Positions 60,038 through 64,000 of a stretch of 64,000 nt of DNA are shown here, in pieces. Both the position numbers and the translations under genes were made by a program. The DNA comes from the human T2T-CHM13v2.0 reference genome, Homo sapiens. The notes beneath the pieces were generated by a model. That model searched no databases, was not told the origin of the DNA, and saw only the letters and a list, made by a program, of their open reading frames with translations. The stretch lies in NCBI RefSeq assembly GCF_009914755.1, contig NC_060936.1, one strand, 5' to 3'. The stretch's first letter is position 1. Each line of letters starts with the position of its first letter.

Positions 60038-60299
60038 TATAGAGAGCCAAAGAAGGAGAATGGCCATTTGGTGGCTTAGTGACAGGCACTGAACAAGATG
60101 GCCCCGTCAAAGGCTCTTCTTTATGAGCACTCATTATTAAATGTGCTGACGATAAACCTCCTCTTAGCACGAGACTTAAAAGACACGGTCACTGGCAAGG
60201 GCTTTTGCCATTCAAAACACTTGTTCTATTAAGAACTTTGATGTCAGAACCTCAACTTTCCTTCATAAAACCGACTTCACTGCACTCTCAGGCCAAGCG

Positions 60300-60705
60300 C
60301 TTCAGAAGGAAGTTCCCAAGGTCGATCTGTGACTCAGGTATGGCTCATCAGAGCCAAAGTGGTTCAGATATGACATCTGATTTAGTCAACCAGAGCCATG
60401 AGATGTTGGCTGGAATTCTCGGGAGATAGGTTATTTTGTTTTCTGCAAGGACTGTGAATGGAAAGAATGGTAGGAACCTGGAGGTGCTGGGGTCAGCCTG
60501 TGTGTGGCCAAGGCAACCATACAGGGAAATCCAGAGCTAAAATGTGAGAAGAGCAAAACTGGTGCTGATGATACTGTTGGAGCTCCTGGATCAAGCCATA
60601 CCTGAAATCCATATGCAGACTTTTTTATGGAAGTCAATAAATGTCTCTTTTCTGTTTCACATAGTTGAACTTTTTTTTTTTTTTTTTTTGCCAATTGCAA
60701 GAAAA
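60300..60705 (+). mobile_element. MLT1K/L-like LTR
   Basis: gagctcctggatcaagccatacctgaa..gtcaataaa. Confidence 0.6.
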
Positions 60706-61709
60706 AATTTCAACTGTTTTTCATTTAATTGATTTTCTCCAAAGCACATATGGGTTACTAAACAACTTAAAGACTCATTTACAGATAGCTAAGAAAGCCC
60801 AGAGAATGTTTTGTATGTGACAATTCATGGGAGAGCCCCACCCCACCTCTCATCAAACTGGACACATTGAACAATCAGGTTTTTTTTTTTTTTTTTAGCT
60901 CTTGGAACATGTAGAGACTATTAACAATGAAATATAATTTTCACTGCTTTATTGGTATTAGATTTAATTTACTGCTGAGAAAAAAGGGAAATGACAATTA
61001 CACCATTTCAGACGTCCTTCAGGGCGTTCTCATGGTGGTGCTAAAAAAGAGGAAGCTAATATTTCTATGAACCTTTTGTGCCGTAAAGTTAAACAGGTCT
61101 CTTCAATGAACCATGCTGGACTGAATCCTTTCCAATTACGCTTAATCATTTTCATAGGCAAACTTCAGACCTCAAGGACTTCCCTTGTGCTTTTGAAATC
61201 TGATATTATTCAAAGCCATAAATATATCTTTGGTGCTTAAAAGGTTGATTTCTTTTAAAGGCGAAAAAGTGAAGAAATAAACCTCACACCTTTTCTTTTG
61301 TGAGTCTCCGCATATTTGGAGTTTGGGCACAAAGGAGATTCTTGGAATGGTGGCTGTTCTAATGTGCCATTCAAAATGTACTGGGGAACCAAGTCATCGT
61401 AGAGGAGATGGAGAATACTTGAGCCAGCTACTTAATTAAGATGCAGGAGTGTGTGGTCTGAATCCAATACTCTCAAGGCCGACCAACACTCAGAGAAGTG
61501 ATTAACCTGCAAAGCAAGGCAAGTTGCCACATAGGAACCCTATAAGAGGAGAGGGTTCTGAGAGCCATACAAATGGGAACGTCATCAATCTATTGAGATA
61601 AAAAGACATTCGATGACTGCTCCGTGGCCAGGACTTGGGATGAAGAAATGTGACGATGAATATCACTGAGCACCCACCTAACTTAGGAGTCCACACACGT
61701 GCAATGCAC

Positions 61710-62386
61710 CTGTTAAGGTTTTTGCTATGGATGCTGTAACATGTTGCCACAAACTTAGTGGCTTGAAACAACAAATTACTATTTTTCGTTTTGGGAGGGT
61801 AGCAGTATAAAACGGTGTGTTGGAAAGACTGTGTTCCTTCTGGAGACTTCAGGGGAGAATCTCTTCCCTTGTCTTTTTTTCTTTTTCCTGTCAATGCTGA
61901 ATATTTATTAACAAAGAGATACTGGCATTTTGACATTTCTAAAGACTTGCTTTGGACATTAACATTTGCAGTGGATGCTTTAAAACATAAACACTTTGAA
62001 GCTATACCTACAGAAAAACTAGGAAAATGTAATACAGAAACGAATAATTACATCAATGATAGTTGCTGTTAGAAATATTGTGTCAAATGTACCCAGAGGT
62101 TGCCTGAATCTCATAGCTCGTGACCCGTTCATTTCATTCCTCCAATCTGGTGCTTCACTTCAACCTTTCCTTTATCCTCACACTCCCTACTGTAGTTACC
62201 CCACTCCTGTCTCCCTCTTATACAAGGACTCCTGTGGTTACATACATACAAATGATCGAGAATCATCTCCTCACCTCACATCTCTAGCCACGACTCCAAA
62301 TACCCTGCTGCCATGTAAGTCAACACTTACACGTTCCAAGGGTTTAGGATGCAAACACTTTGAGGGGTTGCTATTTAGTCTATCAC
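61710..62386 (-). mobile_element. MLT1C/D-like LTR interrupted at 61874-62092
   Basis: ccacaaacttagtggcttgaaacaaca, ccttctggagacttcaggggagaatc | cagaggttgcc..gccatgtaag. Confidence 0.75.
61874..62092 (-). pseudogene. Retroposed 3'-end fragment of an unidentified polyadenylated RNA
   Basis: On minus: AT-rich unique sequence, AATAAA (61909-61904), 17 nt, then A5GA7; sits inside an MLT1 LTR. Confidence 0.6.
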
Positions 62387-62889
62387 TGTCCCGAGAGCAG
62401 AAGCTGGAAAGCAAGGAACTCTCCCCTTCCAGAAAGGACTCTCCCATTGAAAAAACTTCCTGGTTGTGCTGTCCTGTTTATTTAAGCTTCTTGTTAATGC
62501 TCGACTTCTTCCAAGATTTGGTCTTATCTAGTCCCTATATTATAAATGTCTGAATCCCCCTTCAGGAGTTTGTATACAGCACACACCTTATGAGCTATGG
62601 GGGCTCAAAGCTGCATCCTCTCACCTCCTTCTCTCCCTGTGTTTCCTAACATTTGCTCAGTAAATGTTGAACCAAGATGCCATTAGCAATGCTTAAAAAA
62701 AAAAGAGGCTCACCTAGGAACTTTAAATGTCCATGCTAATTACTTCCTCATGCGACCTGCTTCAAAAGCACAGACATTACTCCAATTTTCCAAATTGGGA
62801 ACTCACACACATGTAGGCAAGAATATGAGGCCTTCAGTTTCATCCATAAAGACAGTCACAGCAGCAATCACAGCTGCAACCATGAGCGC

Positions 62890-63139
62890 AAAAGCTAACA
62901 TTTATTGAGTACCCACTTTGTCTTGGGCACTGTTCTAGGTGATTTTATGCATTATTTAATTAAAGCCACCCTCCTCCCCAAGTCTGGTGGGTGGGGGTCA
63001 TTGTCTCCACTTACAAATGAGGAAACTGAGGTTTAGGGTGATTAAATGAAACGCCCAACACCAGAACAGACACAGGATTCACCATCAGCCTACTCTGATT
63101 TCAAGGCTCTGACTCTTAAGCACCATATTCTATTGTCTC
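62890..63139 (-). mobile_element. MIR
   Basis: gctaacatttattgag..ttacaaatgaggaaactgaggtttag. Confidence 0.8.
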
Positions 63140-63285
63140 AGGTGGTGATGACGCTGAAGGGAACATAATATTTTAGGCACGTACATTGGAAAAGACTATA
63201 ATAGCACCAATAGATCTTTTCTTTAAAAAAAAAAACGTATTGTCTACAGCTTCTATCTAAAGGACATAAACTACAGCTACTGTGA

Positions 63286-63665
<380 letters not shown>

Positions 63666-63764
63666 TCTGCCACCTTTTCTATGGCAAGGCCAGGATATGT
63701 CTCCGAGGGCTCTCCATTAGGCAGCCCCTGGCACACAACACGAAGCTCACCTTCCTTCCAGCCC

Positions 63765-64000
63765 TGATCTGTGGGCCAGCTGCTGATGCTGTACTGCAGG
63801 CTGGAGTCTGTGGGTCAGCTGGGCTTAGAAGGCAGTGGGCCTTAGTTCCAGCTTTTGGGTTGGGCTCAGGCCCATTCCAGATGCTTCCTTTTTCTCCAGG
63901 ACCAGCAGGCCACTGGAGCGTATTTTTCTCATAATCATGGCAGAAGCACCAGAGGGAAAACCTAACCCCATAAGCACGTGTTCAGCGTCACCTCCTTTTA
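63765..64000 (-). mobile_element. MLT1 (F/G/H-like) LTR fragment, runs off the window
   Basis: gggttgggctcagg..ggaccagcaggc..atggcagaagcaccagaggg. Confidence 0.5.

Noticed and set aside
60879-60960. T-tracts (also 9107, 6800, 9769) as tails of minus-strand retrocopies
   Set aside because: No properly spaced poly(A) signal and no TSD found

Overview
Primate (human-like) genomic DNA with no supportable protein-coding gene, RNA gene or CpG island. More than half of the window is interspersed repeats: about 17 Alu/FLAM copies including AluY, L1PA/PB/MA/MB/MC fragments, L2, MIR, MaLR and ERVL solo LTRs (MLT1, MST, THE1, MLT2, LTR16, LTR33) and DNA transposon relics (MER1A, MER2, MER5, MER53, MER102, MADE1). 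L1s and LTRs lie in both orientations, which suggests intergenic or gene-desert sequence rather than an intron. The long ORFs are L1 ORF2 remnants, Alu read-throughs, low-complexity tracts or tandem repeats. The most interesting signals are non-canonical insertion footprints: (1) an ~860-bp TSD-flanked, polyadenylated insertion of non-L1/non-Alu RNA at 41821-42680; (2) a polyadenylated ~220-bp 3'-UTR-like retro-fragment inside an MLT1 LTR at 61874-62092; (3) a ~175-bp segment from 10606 copied into the middle of an Alu at 17442; (4) three clear twin-primed L1 inversions plus a 2-kb L1PA that seems wholly inverted relative to its target site; (5) a micro 3' transduction. There are also repeat-free islands with enhancer-like motif clusters (GATA/NKX at 37.4-38.2 kb), a candidate 33-nt microexon and three tandem duplications/VNTRs. 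Subfamily names come from recalled consensus sequences and boundaries of old repeats are approximate; both need RepeatMasker/Dfam confirmation. I cannot place the locus and I do not see evidence for a wholly new biological system.
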